Notes: a model not told the origin generated them from the letters alone. DNA of 64,000 bases from an uncultured Candidatus Binatia bacterium (GCA_965218425.1 OZ244621.1:1440001-1504000), one strand, 5' to 3'; counted from the stretch's first letter, positions 29,917 through 40,444 are shown. Made by a program: numbers and translations.

Positions 29917-30783
29917 ATGGAAACTCAAGTCAAGTTCGTATCCGACGGCCTAAACTTATGCGGCGTCGTACAAACCCCACTTGATTTACCGCCGAATGAA
30001 CGCCGCCCAGCTTTCCTGGTGCTGCACGGATTCGGCGGGAATAAAGAGGGTTCAGGCCAGACGGCCATTGCCAATCAGCTGGTCCAGTGGGGTTATGTAA
30101 CCATGCGCTTTGACTTTCGCGGCTGCGGCGATAGCGAAGGCGAACAGGGCCGCATTATTTGCCTCGATCAGGTGTCTGACACGTCAAACGCAGTGACCTA
30201 CATTGCCAGCCGCACGGAGGTGGATCCTAAACGTATTGGTTTGGTGGGAAGCAGCTTTGGGGCGGCGGTGTCTGTTTACACGGCCGGAGTGGATGAGCGG
30301 GTGGCAGCCGTCATCTCCTGTGGCGGCTGGGGCGATGGCGAACGCAAGTTCCGCGGCCAGCACCCAACTCCCGAGGCTTGGGCTCGCTTCACAAACATGT
30401 TGGCGCAAGGGCGGCGCCATCGGGAACAGACCGGCAAGTCTCTTATGGTCCCACGCTTCGACATTGTCCCCATTCCAGAGCACCTGCGAAATCGCATGAG
30501 CAAAAGATCCATTATGGAGTTCCCGGCGGAAACGGCGCAGAGCATGTACGACTTCCGCGCGGACGACATGGTGGGAAAAATCGCGCCACGTCCCTTATTA
30601 CTACTGCACAGCGCCCGTGACTCCGTCACACCCACTGAGCAATCCATCGAAATGTTCAAGAGGGCAAAACAGCCGACAGAATTGCACCTGCTTTCGGAAG
30701 TGGACCATTTTACGTTCAGTGAGGAGGACCCACGAGTGTCACATATCGTCTCAGACTGGTTGGGACGGTTTTTCCCCGTGTAA
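29917..30783 (+). CDS. Alpha/beta fold hydrolase
   Basis: LHGFGG, DFRGCGDS, nucleophile GSSFG, DSVTP and DH motifs. Confidence 0.9.
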   Translation: METQVKFVSDGLNLCGVVQTPLDLPPNERRPAFLVLHGFGGNKEGSGQTAIANQLVQWGYVTMRFDFRGCGDSEGEQGRIICLDQVSDTSNAVTYIASRTEVDPKRIGLVGSSFGAAVSVYTAGVDERVAAVISCGGWGDGERKFRGQHPTPEAWARFTNMLAQGRRHREQTGKSLMVPRFDIVPIPEHLRNRMSKRSIMEFPAETAQSMYDFRADDMVGKIAPRPLLLLHSARDSVTPTEQSIEMFKRAKQPTELHLLSEVDHFTFSEEDPRVSHIVSDWLGRFFPV

Positions 30784-30859
30784 TCCCCACCCTACTTACA
30801 TGAAGGCTTTCTTGGATTCGCGTCGATATAATGTTCGACAGAATGACTTCAATAATATT

Positions 30860-31130
30860 TTTCGCGCCAAGACGCCACCAAATCAAAATCCTAGAGACAA
30901 AGCACGAAATCCTAAACAATTCCAAAACCTCAAATTATTAATGATCAAAACATTTAACTAACGACATGGCATTCCTTGCAAAGACGAAAAGCCGAGCCAT
31001 CGAGACAGACTAGCTGATGCTATTGTTTTGTATTTTGATGATTCGAAATTGTTTCGAGCTTCGAATTGCCAGTTTCGAATTTATGATTTAGTTATATTTG
31101 GCGTCCTTTGCGTCTTCGCGCGAGTCTTTT
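30860..31130. repeat. Nested inverted-repeat tract
   Basis: TCGCGCCAAGACGCCA..TTTGCGTCTTCGCGCGA encloses AAGCACGAAATCCTAAACAATT..AATTGTTTCGAGCTTCGAA. Confidence 0.65.
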
Positions 31131-31204
31131 TCTCCCGGGTTCCCTCATGCAAAAGCCCACGGAAAACTCCAAATATGATCGGTCAACTTTAGGAGGAAGT
31201 GTTA

Positions 31205-32254
31205 GTGAAATTTAACCACGGCGAGCTCATGGAGTTCGGCGGGCAAATCCTCTCTGCCGCCGGGGTGACCAAAAAGGAATCGCACCTGGTGGCGGAACTG
31301 CTTGTTAAGGCGGACCTCCAGGGTTATCCGGGCCACGGCATTAGCCGTATCCTCTCTTACGTGTCAAGGATCAAAATCGGATTGATCAACCTCAGCGAAA
31401 GGCATGAGATCATCCATGAAGGTAGAACCACGGCCGTTATTAATGGCAACCATTACGCAGGCCAGGTGGTTGCTTATGACGGGATGAAACTTGCCATCAA
31501 AAAAGCCAAAGAACATGGAGTGGGACTGGTTTGTTTGCGCCAGGCGGCTCACGTAGGGCGCCTGGCGGACTACATGGAGCTTGCCGCCAATGAAGGAATG
31601 ATTGGCATGGCGGCCGTGAGCGTCGGGGCAGGAAATATTGCACCGTGGGGTGCAATGCAAGCAGTCACCGGAACGAACCCCATGGCCTTCGGGGTCCCGG
31701 CGGCAAACGGCCAGCACATCATTTTTGACTTTGCTACGGCTGCAACGAGCATGGGAGAGCTCCATAAAAAGGTGTCCCGAGGCGACGCGATTCCCTCCGG
31801 CGTTATGCTCGATGGATACGGCAACCCCACGTCGGAATACAGTTCATTTATTGGCCCACCCCGGGGTGCCATTCTTTCCTTCGGGAGTTACAAAGGCTCG
31901 GGTATCAATCTAATGACGGAGATTTTAGGTGGAATACTCTCTGGAACCGGGTTGGGGAGGGAGTGGTGGGATCACGGCGGGGCCGCAACAAATGGAGTTT
32001 TCCTTCAGGCCTTCGATGTGGAAGAGTTTCAACCTCTTCCCGAGTTTCACAAAAAAGTAGGGGAGCTTGTGGCCTTCACCAAATCGAGGAAGCCTGCCCC
32101 GGGCTTTAGCGAGATTCTCCTGCCAGGTGAGATGTCTAGAAGCAGAGCTGAGGTTAACCGCAGAGAAGGAGTAGAAATCGATGAGGGTGACTGGGCCAAA
32201 CTCCTCAAGTGTGCATCCGATCTCGGTGTCAAAGCCTCACCGAACCCTCTATAA
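31205..32254 (+). CDS. Ldh_2 (malate/L-sulfolactate dehydrogenase-like) oxidoreductase
   Basis: ADLQGYPGHG, HVGRL, GTNPMAF, DFAT, YKGSG and LPGE; RBS AGGAGG favours GTG at 31205. Confidence 0.92.
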   Translation: MKFNHGELMEFGGQILSAAGVTKKESHLVAELLVKADLQGYPGHGISRILSYVSRIKIGLINLSERHEIIHEGRTTAVINGNHYAGQVVAYDGMKLAIKKAKEHGVGLVCLRQAAHVGRLADYMELAANEGMIGMAAVSVGAGNIAPWGAMQAVTGTNPMAFGVPAANGQHIIFDFATAATSMGELHKKVSRGDAIPSGVMLDGYGNPTSEYSSFIGPPRGAILSFGSYKGSGINLMTEILGGILSGTGLGREWWDHGGAATNGVFLQAFDVEEFQPLPEFHKKVGELVAFTKSRKPAPGFSEILLPGEMSRSRAEVNRREGVEIDEGDWAKLLKCASDLGVKASPNPL

Positions 32255-32316
32255 AGCCGTGAGCTCTTTGCACATCTGATCGCTAACCCTATTTTTCTAA
32301 AAATTTAAGCTCACGA

Positions 32317-32733
32317 CTACGCGCGAACCCGCCCGCCGTCGCGTATTCTGTCTCTCTCTTCCGGGCTCAGCTCTTTTATATCCTTACGTAGTTCGAAATT
32401 AATATGTTTTACATCCTCGGACTTGCCGGACCGGTGCCCGATAAGATACATGGGGCCATCCCCGGTATTTTCCAGCTGGTAAAAGTCTCCGCCATGAATG
32501 AGGGCTATCATACCCGGCTTCATGACGGACTTTCCACCATCGGGGAAGTGCATTGTGCACTCGCCCTCTAAGCAAAAGAAAGTCTGATCGCCGTTGTGGC
32601 AGTGCATATCATCCTTGTCTCCCGGGTTGGGATAGCAGTGGAGCCAGGTATGGAACCTCGGGGTGTTGTGAATAACCTCTCTTTTCTTGGTCTCGTGAAG
32701 CCTGTCAAGAGCGTGCAAAACCGTGATTGCCAT
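32317..32733 (-). CDS. Cupin domain protein
   Basis: MHCHNGDQTFFCLEGE and YQLENTG motifs. Confidence 0.82.
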   Translation of the reverse strand: MAITVLHALDRLHETKKREVIHNTPRFHTWLHCYPNPGDKDDMHCHNGDQTFFCLEGECTMHFPDGGKSVMKPGMIALIHGGDFYQLENTGDGPMYLIGHRSGKSEDVKHINFELRKDIKELSPEERDRIRDGGRVRA

Positions 32734-33173
32734 AGTTCCCTCCCTGTTTGGAATTGGTCACCGGCTATACAATACGGTTGCACCTTATCACAGCTACTGC
32801 ATGAACTTCAATCGAGTATGAAGTCAACCCGCAATTGCAAAAGTCGTCGTGAGCATTGCCAAATCCTTCCAGTACAGGTTTTATGCTTAAGTTAATTAGG
32901 ATGGGCCTCAGTGGTCGTAATCCGAGCTCGAAATCTCCTATTTCGGAGATCACATCAGTGTATAAGGAACTTACAACACGACAGCTTCCTGAGGATCGGA
33001 AGTCACTGAGCTTTAACACCTTTTTTACCTAAGTCAACGCTCCTATCCGCCATGAATCTCGCGCCCAGACGGACTCAAGGAAACTACCATGTCTTCCGGT
33101 CTTGATTAAGCTTCAAACGGAAAACTGAGTTGCGAAGGCCGCCAAAAGGAGCTAATTTGTTGCTCAATGGCAT

Positions 33174-33260
33174 GCCGGAGTGGTGGAACTGGTAGACGCG
33201 CTGGACTCAAAATCCAGTAGGGGCAACCCTGTGGGGGTTCGAGTCCCCCCTCCGGCACCA
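33174..33260 (+). tRNA. tRNA-Leu (CAA)
   Basis: Acceptor GCCGGAG/CTCCGGC-ACCA; anticodon arm CTGGA-CTCAAAA-TCCAG; long variable arm; GGTTCGAGTCC T-loop. Confidence 0.97.
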
Positions 33261-33428
33261 CCTGAAATCAACCCCTTATACAGTGCGACTAACACCTGTA
33301 TCCTTCCCCTGATAGATGCTCTTACAAGGCCGCTCATGGCGTGTACGATTCGATGATCCCAGTCCGCTCGGTATATGCCAATACCCCTGGCATGTGACAA
33401 CCATTAGATTGACGGGGTCCTCTGATAG

Positions 33429-33689
33429 TGGCAAAATTTCTTTTCCATCGCCAAAATCCTGGTTTGCAGCGCTGCTTCCGCCAGTATCGTCCTTGCTCTC
33501 TTCATACTCTCTGCCGACATGGTCCATGCGTGGGGAAATACAGCCCACAAAATCATCTGTGAGATTGCATTCAAAGAGTTAAATTCTCACGCCAGGGCTG
33601 AGGTCAAGCGTCTCATTCGGCTTGATCCCGAATTCTCCACCTTAGAGACCTCCGCCTTCTGCGTCGGATGCAATTCGCCTGACGGGTAG
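33429..33689 (+). pseudogene. S1/P1 nuclease N-terminal fragment
   Basis: Signal-like stretch, then VHAWGNTAHKIICEIAFKEL..RAEVKRLI; no start codon ahead of the signal stretch; stops early. Confidence 0.7.
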
Positions 33690-33772
33690 AGGGGTATTTT
33701 TCTATAATGAAACCACATAGCCGCAGGTATTGAATATTGAATAAGGATTCTGCCAATGAGTAAGGTAGACCC

Positions 33773-34887
33773 ATGCTGACCAAGGAAGAGAACGAAATCC
33801 TAACCCGGGTTGGGCACGGTACCCCCGGAGGAGAGTTGCTGAGGCGATACTGGTGGCCAGTGGGTTTTTCCGAAGAGGTCAAGGAAAAAGACCGACCGAG
33901 ACGCGTTCAACTCTTGTGCGAAGATCTGGTCTTATTCCGTGATGGGAACGGCCAATTGGGTGTTTTACAAATAAGCTGTTCCCACCGCGGTGCCTCCTTG
34001 GAGTTCGGGAGGGTTGAGGATCGGGGTATCCGCTGCTGCTACCATGGTTGGCTCTACGCGCCGGACGGTCGGTGCTTGCAACAGCCCGCCGAGCCCGAGA
34101 CAAGCACCTATTGGGATCGCGTCCGGCAGCCCCCCCCAGGGCGGAGGAGTTGGGAGGGCTCATCTTTGCTTATCTTGGGCCAGAACCTGCACCCTTATTG
34201 CCGCGATATGACCTTCTCGTGCTGGAGAACGGTGGCCGTGCGGTGGGCGGCGGTGTGGAACACTGCAATTGGCTGCAACAGGCCGAGAACTCCGTTGATC
34301 AGTCGCATCTCATTGCCCTTCACGCCAGCGCCTATCCGCATCTAGCGCTTAAAAGACCGACACTGGATTGGCAAGAAACCTGGTATGGGATTCGAATCCG
34401 TACACAAATTGACAGCACCAAACCGCCCAAGATTTCTCACTGGGTATTTCCGGCTCACACTCGCCACACCACTGCCCGTAAGGATCGAAAGCCAGACCAT
34501 GCTCTGCGATTTCGCGTGCCTACTAACGACACGAAAACAACCACCTATTGGGTGAAGTTTTATCCTCAGGATCCGCCCGGACTTGAAACCAAAGGTTTAG
34601 CAATGCGGGAAGCCGGGGTTTACAACCGCATTGATGATGGTTGGTGGGGCATCGAATCAGAAGAGCAAGATCGAATGGCACAGGAAAGCCAAGGAGCAAT
34701 TTACGACAGGAGCAACGAACATCTAGCGGCATCGGATCGCGGAATCATCATGGCCCGGGAGATGCTCGCTCAATGCATTGACAGGGTAAGAGAGGGTAAA
34801 GACCCTATCGGTGTCCTACGAGATCCATCCCGAAACGACATCCTAACCTTCGACGCGAGCATGCCAGAAGTGGCAGCGCTCACCTAG
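33773..34887 (+). pseudogene. Rieske non-heme iron oxygenase (phthalate dioxygenase-like), frameshifted
   Basis: CSHR..CCYHGW in the first frame; NWLQQAENSVDQSHLIALH in the second; shift at the C8 run 34130-34137. Confidence 0.88.
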
Positions 34888-34930
34888 GGTTCTTCTCGAC
34901 CTCCCGATGAATGACTTGCGGTTGACGGCG

Positions 34931-34970
34931 TGCCTAATGCATAGGCAGCATGGCGCATAAACTTTAAGCA
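34931..34970 (+). promoter_or_regulatory. Tandem 17-bp NtrC-like enhancer sites
   Basis: TGCCTAATGCATAGGCA and CGCATAAACTTTAAGCA, 110-150 bp upstream of a sigma54 motif. Confidence 0.6.
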
Positions 34971-35078
34971 ATCATCTCTAGTCTCATAGTCAACCCGTTC
35001 TTCGCCAACGGCCGGATTTTTATCCGCCAGCCGTATGTATGGCATGTGTAATTAACCAGCCGGAACGGTTTGGCTACA

Positions 35079-35094
35079 TGGCATCAAACTTGCT
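35079..35094 (+). promoter_or_regulatory. Sigma54 promoter
   Basis: TGGCATCAAACTTGCT matches TGGCAC-N5-TTGCW. Confidence 0.78.
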
Positions 35095-35147
35095 CTGCCA
35101 GCATACTCGTCGGTTAGACCCGTTTTAAATTTGCAAGCCAAGGAGTA

Positions 35148-35747
35148 ATGGCAAAGAGCCATCACATGAAACGACGTGTTCTGTTAATAGACGACCATGC
35201 ACCTTCAAGGTCTCTACTGGCCCAGGCTTTGAACGAAGAAGGGTTCGAAATTGTGGGTGAGGGGTCAAGCGGCCTGTCTTTTTCGTTCTTGGCTAAAGCC
35301 ACGAAACCCGACGCCATCCTGATGGCGGTGGGTCTTGCCGATATGGATGGAATCAGCGCGGCTCGAAAAATTATGGAAGAGAACCCTTTCCCTGTCATAT
35401 TGCTTACCAGCCATTACGAGGAAGAGACCGTTGAGCGAGCCAAAGCGGCAGGGGTAATGGCCTATCTCATTAAACCATTAAGACAAGAGGAACTCCGTCC
35501 CAGCATCGAGATGGCAACATCACGCTACGACGAGTTCCTGTCCCTTAGAAGACAAAATGAAGGCTTGAAGAAAACCTTAGAGGCTCGCAAGGATATCGAT
35601 CGGGCGAAGGGCATCTTGATGAAAAGCCGGGGACTTTCCGAGGCAGAGGCCTTTGCCCTAATTCAGAAGCGGAGCATGGATACCCGCAAGTCCATGGCCG
35701 AAATCGCTCGAGCACTGGTTCTGACAGAGGACATGGCTAGAGACTAG
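35148..35747 (+). CDS. ANTAR antiterminator with pseudo-receiver domain (NasT/AmiR-like)
   Basis: REC fold plus RKDIDRAKGILM..EAEAF..QKRSM; the phospho-Asp position reads Ala (PDAILMAVG). Confidence 0.9.
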   Translation: MAKSHHMKRRVLLIDDHAPSRSLLAQALNEEGFEIVGEGSSGLSFSFLAKATKPDAILMAVGLADMDGISAARKIMEENPFPVILLTSHYEEETVERAKAAGVMAYLIKPLRQEELRPSIEMATSRYDEFLSLRRQNEGLKKTLEARKDIDRAKGILMKSRGLSEAEAFALIQKRSMDTRKSMAEIARALVLTEDMARD

Positions 35748-35809
35748 GGAGTCTCTCATCGTGATTGAAACTGCGTCACAATCAGTCGGAGGGAATTAAT
35801 TTCAAGAAA

Positions 35810-35845
35810 CGCCTAACGATTAGGCAAGCCGTTAAAAAATAGGCA
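35810..35845 (+). promoter_or_regulatory. Tandem 17-bp NtrC-like enhancer sites
   Basis: CGCCTAACGATTAGGCA and CCGTTAAAAAATAGGCA. Confidence 0.62.
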
Positions 35846-35908
35846 GCAATTGAAAGACGCTTACAGTTAAAACTCCCACCGTTGCTAGCTTTTGGTCATC
35901 CGGAGTTA

Positions 35909-35924
35909 TGGCATAACGATTGCA
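35909..35924 (+). promoter_or_regulatory. Sigma54 promoter of the cyanate operon
   Basis: TGGCATAACGATTGCA. Confidence 0.8.
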
Positions 35925-35946
35925 TTTGGACATTTGAGAGTTGACT

Positions 35947-36142
35947 GAAGGCAATGAAGCCTTCCTGGAATGCGAAAGCCCCCACTAACCCAGCGGTTAG
36001 AGCGCTTTTTGGAGATTCTCGGGATCGTTTATCGACGGATTTACGACCGGGATGATCCATGGGCTAGAGGATTTCGAGTCCAATAGTGTTTAAAGAGCCT
36101 TTCGGTTTCATCGTTGCAACCGACGACTGGGCAAAGGCGCCT
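35947..36142 (+). ncRNA. ANTAR-target leader RNA (two hexaloop hairpins)
   Basis: P1 GAAGGC-AATGAA-GCCTTC at 35947-35964; P2 GGGC-AAAGGC-GCCT at 36129-36142; both loops have A at position 1 and G at position 4. Confidence 0.72.
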
Positions 36143-36170
36143 ATATTCTTGAGGATAGGGCGCTTTTTTT
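36135..36170 (+). terminator. Leader attenuator overlapping ANTAR hairpin P2
   Basis: AGGCGCCTAT..ATAGGGCGCT ending in a T7 run; mutually exclusive with P2. Confidence 0.8.
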
Positions 36171-36201
36171 ATTTCAAAATTTCAGTACGGAGGTAAGAAC
36201 G

Positions 36202-37572
36202 ATGTCAAAAATAGGTTTAGGCGATCCCTTTGATCCCAAAAGCGATCTAACACATGCGGAGCATCATGGTGAGTATGAATCGTCGGATTCCCCGGAGAAC
36301 GGGCCTCAGAGTACGGAGGCGATCATTGATCGAGCCGTGGAGAGCGCCGTTGTGCGTGAGGTCTTTGGTCATGATGAATTGGCCCGACGACAATTTCTCA
36401 AACTTGTTGGCTCCGGCAGTGCCGCGGCAATACTGAGTTCCGTGTTCCCTCTGGCCACAGCAAAGTCCATGGCCCAGGACAAGGTGAAGGGGATCGAGAA
36501 AAAAGACCTGACGGTCGGTTTTATTCCCATTACCTGTGCGACGCCGATCATCATGGCCGAGCCAATGGGTTTCTATAAGAAACACGGGCTCAATGCAAAA
36601 GTACGCAGGGCCGCCGGTTGGGCAATGGTACGCGACTGGGCGATCAATAAAGACGTGGATGCTGCCCATATGCTAAGCCCCATGCCTCTATCCATCACCT
36701 TGGGCGCAGGATCAAAGCAGGTTCCCTACTTCATGCCTGCGGTGGAAAACATCAACGGTCAGGCCATTACGCTCCACAACAAACACAAGGGCGTGAAAAG
36801 CGCCAAGGATATGAAGGGATTTCGCTTCTGCGTCCCCTTTCGCTATTCCATGCATAACTACCTGTTGCGCTACTACCTTGCCGAGGGCGGGATCCACCCC
36901 GATAAAGACGTCCAGATTCGCGTGGTCCCTCCGCCGGAGATGGTGGCAAACTTGAAAGCCGGCAACGTGGACGGCTACCTGGCCCCTGATCCTTTCAATC
37001 AACGGGCCGTGTACGAAAACGCCGGATACATATACCTGCTCTCCAAGGAGATATGGGAAGGGCACCCCTGCTGCGCCTTTGCCATCTCGAAGGAGTTTGC
37101 CTCCACCTATCCCAACACTTTCCAGGCGCTGTTCAAGTCCATTGTCGACGCCACGCATTTCGCTTCCAAACCGGAGAACCGCAAAAGCATCGCCAAGGCC
37201 ATCGCACCAAAGAACTACTTAAATCAGCCTGTAATCGTTTTGGAGCAGGTGCTGACCGGTCGCTACACGGATGGGCTAGGTAATATCAAGAATGTTCCCA
37301 ATCGCATTGATTTCGATCCATTCCCTTGGCACTCCATGGCCGTCTGGATCCTGACCCAGATGAAACGCTGGAAACACGTTGACAGCAACTTTGACTATAG
37401 GAAAGTGGCCGAGCAGGTGTATCTGGCTGCCGAGTGCGACCAAATCTCAAAAGAACAAGGATACGACACCCATGGGAGTACCTACATGAAACACACCCTG
37501 ATGGGTGGCAAGGTGTTTGATCCAACGAAGCCGGAACAATATCTCTCGAGCTTCTCCATAAGCAACATATAG
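36202..37572 (+). CDS. CmpA/NrtA-family ABC substrate-binding protein (probably cyanate)
   Basis: Tat-like RRQFLK, GFIPITCATP, ENINGQAI, SMHNY and HPCC; in the same operon as cynS. Confidence 0.92.
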   Translation: MSKIGLGDPFDPKSDLTHAEHHGEYESSDSPENGPQSTEAIIDRAVESAVVREVFGHDELARRQFLKLVGSGSAAAILSSVFPLATAKSMAQDKVKGIEKKDLTVGFIPITCATPIIMAEPMGFYKKHGLNAKVRRAAGWAMVRDWAINKDVDAAHMLSPMPLSITLGAGSKQVPYFMPAVENINGQAITLHNKHKGVKSAKDMKGFRFCVPFRYSMHNYLLRYYLAEGGIHPDKDVQIRVVPPPEMVANLKAGNVDGYLAPDPFNQRAVYENAGYIYLLSKEIWEGHPCCAFAISKEFASTYPNTFQALFKSIVDATHFASKPENRKSIAKAIAPKNYLNQPVIVLEQVLTGRYTDGLGNIKNVPNRIDFDPFPWHSMAVWILTQMKRWKHVDSNFDYRKVAEQVYLAAECDQISKEQGYDTHGSTYMKHTLMGGKVFDPTKPEQYLSSFSISNI

Positions 37573-37585
37573 GTGTAGTGTAATC

Positions 37586-38485
37586 ATGGCCCAGGGGATC
37601 CTATCGAGGCTCAAAGGGAGAACCAATTCCCTGCTCATCTCTTTCCTGGTAGCGAGTGTGTTCCTGCTCGTGTGGCACCTCGCTACCGTCCGTCCCTCCT
37701 TCAACGCCAAAGGCCTGACGGAGGAGCAGTTAACGACCATGGAGTTTAACGGCGACATCATCCGTAATGCGGATGGGGGCTATGTATACAACCCGGACAA
37801 GGCCAAGGGGCTCGCAGGACCATGGGACGTGGTGAAGAAAGTCGGGGAGGAGTTGTCCAACCCCTTTCACAAGAAGGGAACCAACGATCACGGTATCGGC
37901 CACTTGGTCCGCTACACCGTGACTCGATTTGCCATAGGTTTTCTATCGGCATCGGTACTGGCAGTACTGCTCGGAATGGTGATCGGTCTGTCACCAACCT
38001 TATTCCAGGCGCTGAATCCCTTCATCCAGCTGCTCAAACCCATATCCCCATTGGCTTGGATGCCACTGCTGTTATACACCGTGCAGAACCCAACCATGAC
38101 GGCGGTTCTTGTTGTATTCATGGCGTCGTTGTGGCCCACCGTGGCCAACACCGCCTTCGGCGTGAACTCCATACGAAAGGACTATCTGCAGGTGGCCAGC
38201 CTGCTGCAGTTGTCCTGGTTCCGGCGGGTCATAACCATTGTTCTTCCGGCGACAGCCCCAGCCATTGTGGCCGGGCTTCGCATCTCCTTCGGGAGCGCTT
38301 TGGTTGCCGTCGTCCCTGCCGAGATGCTCTTGGGAGAGCTAGGGGTGGGTTACTTGAGTTGGATTGAATGGAACAACCTGGACATCTCCGGGGTAATGTT
38401 TACGATTCTGGTGGTTGGTGTTGTTGGAGTCATTCTCGACAGTGGTTTTAACCGGCTAGCCAAACTCGTCACCTACGCGGAGTAA
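37586..38485 (+). CDS. NrtB-type ABC permease
   Basis: LKPISPLAWMPL and AEML motifs. Confidence 0.92.
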   Translation: MAQGILSRLKGRTNSLLISFLVASVFLLVWHLATVRPSFNAKGLTEEQLTTMEFNGDIIRNADGGYVYNPDKAKGLAGPWDVVKKVGEELSNPFHKKGTNDHGIGHLVRYTVTRFAIGFLSASVLAVLLGMVIGLSPTLFQALNPFIQLLKPISPLAWMPLLLYTVQNPTMTAVLVVFMASLWPTVANTAFGVNSIRKDYLQVASLLQLSWFRRVITIVLPATAPAIVAGLRISFGSALVAVVPAEMLLGELGVGYLSWIEWNNLDISGVMFTILVVGVVGVILDSGFNRLAKLVTYAE

Positions 38486-38493
38486 CAATACCC

Positions 38494-39321
38494 ATGAGTG
38501 AATTTCTCGAAATCGATCACGTTAGCAAGTTCTTTTTCAACCCCAACGGGTCCGCCACTTGGTCCGGTCGGCTGGAATCCTTTTGGGTTCTCAAAGACGT
38601 AAACCTGAATATTGCGCGAGGGGAATTCATCACCACCATTGGCCACTCCGGGTGCGGCAAGAGCACTCTGCTCAATATCATGGCAGGCTTCGAAAAGGCC
38701 TCGGGTGGGGGCATCATCCTCGACGGTAGGGAGGTCAACGACCCGGGTCTGGACCGCATGGTGGTGTTCCAGAGTTTCGCCCTTATGCCGTGGTTGACGG
38801 CCCAGGACAACATAAAGATCGCGGTAAAAGCATCTCGCCCTACATGGGGCAAAGCCCAAATTTTTGAGCACACCCAAAAATACATCGACATGATGGGTCT
38901 GAAGGGAGCTGAGACCAAGAAGCCGGCTTTTCTTTCGGGTGGCATGCGCCAGCGCGTGGGGCTGGCACGTGCCTTCGCCGTAGAGCCGAAGATTCTTCTG
39001 CTGGACGAGCCCTTCGCACAAATTGACGCCCTTACCCGGGGGGTCATTCAAGAAGAGCTGGTCCGCATGTGGGATGCAACTCAGAATACCATCTTCATGG
39101 TGACGCACGACGTGGACGAGGCCATTTTGCTCTCGGACCGAATCGCCCTAATGACAAACAGTCCCGAGGCTCATATTGCCGAATGTATTGAGGTCAATAT
39201 CCCGAGGCCCCGCACCCGGGAGTCCATTATTGACATGCCCGAGTATACGAAGCTACGAAACCATGTGCTCCGTTTCCTCATTAGCGGCTCACAGAACGGT
39301 CGCGCAAAAAATCTAAACTAG
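38494..39321 (+). CDS. NrtD-type ABC ATPase
   Basis: GHSGCGKS, LSGGMRQR, LLDEPF and VTHD motifs. Confidence 0.94.
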   Translation: MSEFLEIDHVSKFFFNPNGSATWSGRLESFWVLKDVNLNIARGEFITTIGHSGCGKSTLLNIMAGFEKASGGGIILDGREVNDPGLDRMVVFQSFALMPWLTAQDNIKIAVKASRPTWGKAQIFEHTQKYIDMMGLKGAETKKPAFLSGGMRQRVGLARAFAVEPKILLLDEPFAQIDALTRGVIQEELVRMWDATQNTIFMVTHDVDEAILLSDRIALMTNSPEAHIAECIEVNIPRPRTRESIIDMPEYTKLRNHVLRFLISGSQNGRAKNLN

Positions 39322-39389
39322 CGTAAACCCGATGAACCAGCCACAAAGTATTGAGCTAATTTTTATTTTATTATTAGGAGGTATTCGTT

Positions 39390-39863
39390 ATGGCATTACA
39401 AAAACTCATGACTAGGGAGGAGGCCAAGGATACAATTTTGGCGGCCAAGAAACAGAAGGGGGTTACCTTTCAAGAAATCGCCAAGGCCGTTGGCAGGGAT
39501 AAGGTCTGGGTTACAGCAGCCCTGATGGGTCAGGCGAGTATGGATAAGGCGGAGGCGGAAAAGGCTATCGGCGTCTTGGGCCGGGGTGAGGGCACGGCCT
39601 CGGAGGTTTCTTCGGCCCTGCAGGAAATGCCCATGAAAGGCTCCCTCGACAACACTGTCCCTGTGGATCCTCTTATCTACCGGTTCCACGAAATCACACA
39701 AGTCTATGGTACCTCAATGAAGACTATCATACACGAGATGTTCGGCGACGGTATTATGAGCGCCATTGACTTTGAAATCGATATCCAGAAGAAGGAAGAC
39801 CCCAAAGGAGACCGGGTGGTTGTGAGTTACAGCGGCAAGTTCCTACCCTATAGGAAGTGGTGA
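39390..39863 (+). CDS. cynS: Cyanase
   Basis: DPLIYRFHE, FGDGIMSAIDF and GKFLPY motifs. Confidence 0.97.
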   Translation: MALQKLMTREEAKDTILAAKKQKGVTFQEIAKAVGRDKVWVTAALMGQASMDKAEAEKAIGVLGRGEGTASEVSSALQEMPMKGSLDNTVPVDPLIYRFHEITQVYGTSMKTIIHEMFGDGIMSAIDFEIDIQKKEDPKGDRVVVSYSGKFLPYRKW

Positions 39864-39943
39864 CCGTCAGCTCCCATGTTTTCGTCATGTTCCTATGGTC
39901 GAGCCTAACCTGGTCTCCCAAACCATTGGGGGCGGAAATCTAA

Positions 39944-40330
<387 letters not shown>

Positions 40331-40444
40331 AGCGGCATTGAGAATAAAAGGTGTGTTTGGAACAATGCCAGGATGTGCCGATAAAGGATCGCTGTTAGAA
40401 TGACTGGATTCTGGGCGCTGGGTTAATAATAGGCATTTGTGAGT

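Noticed and set aside
32765..33170. 84-aa ORF or ncRNA upstream of tRNA-Leu
   Set aside because: No motif or convincing structure was recognised.
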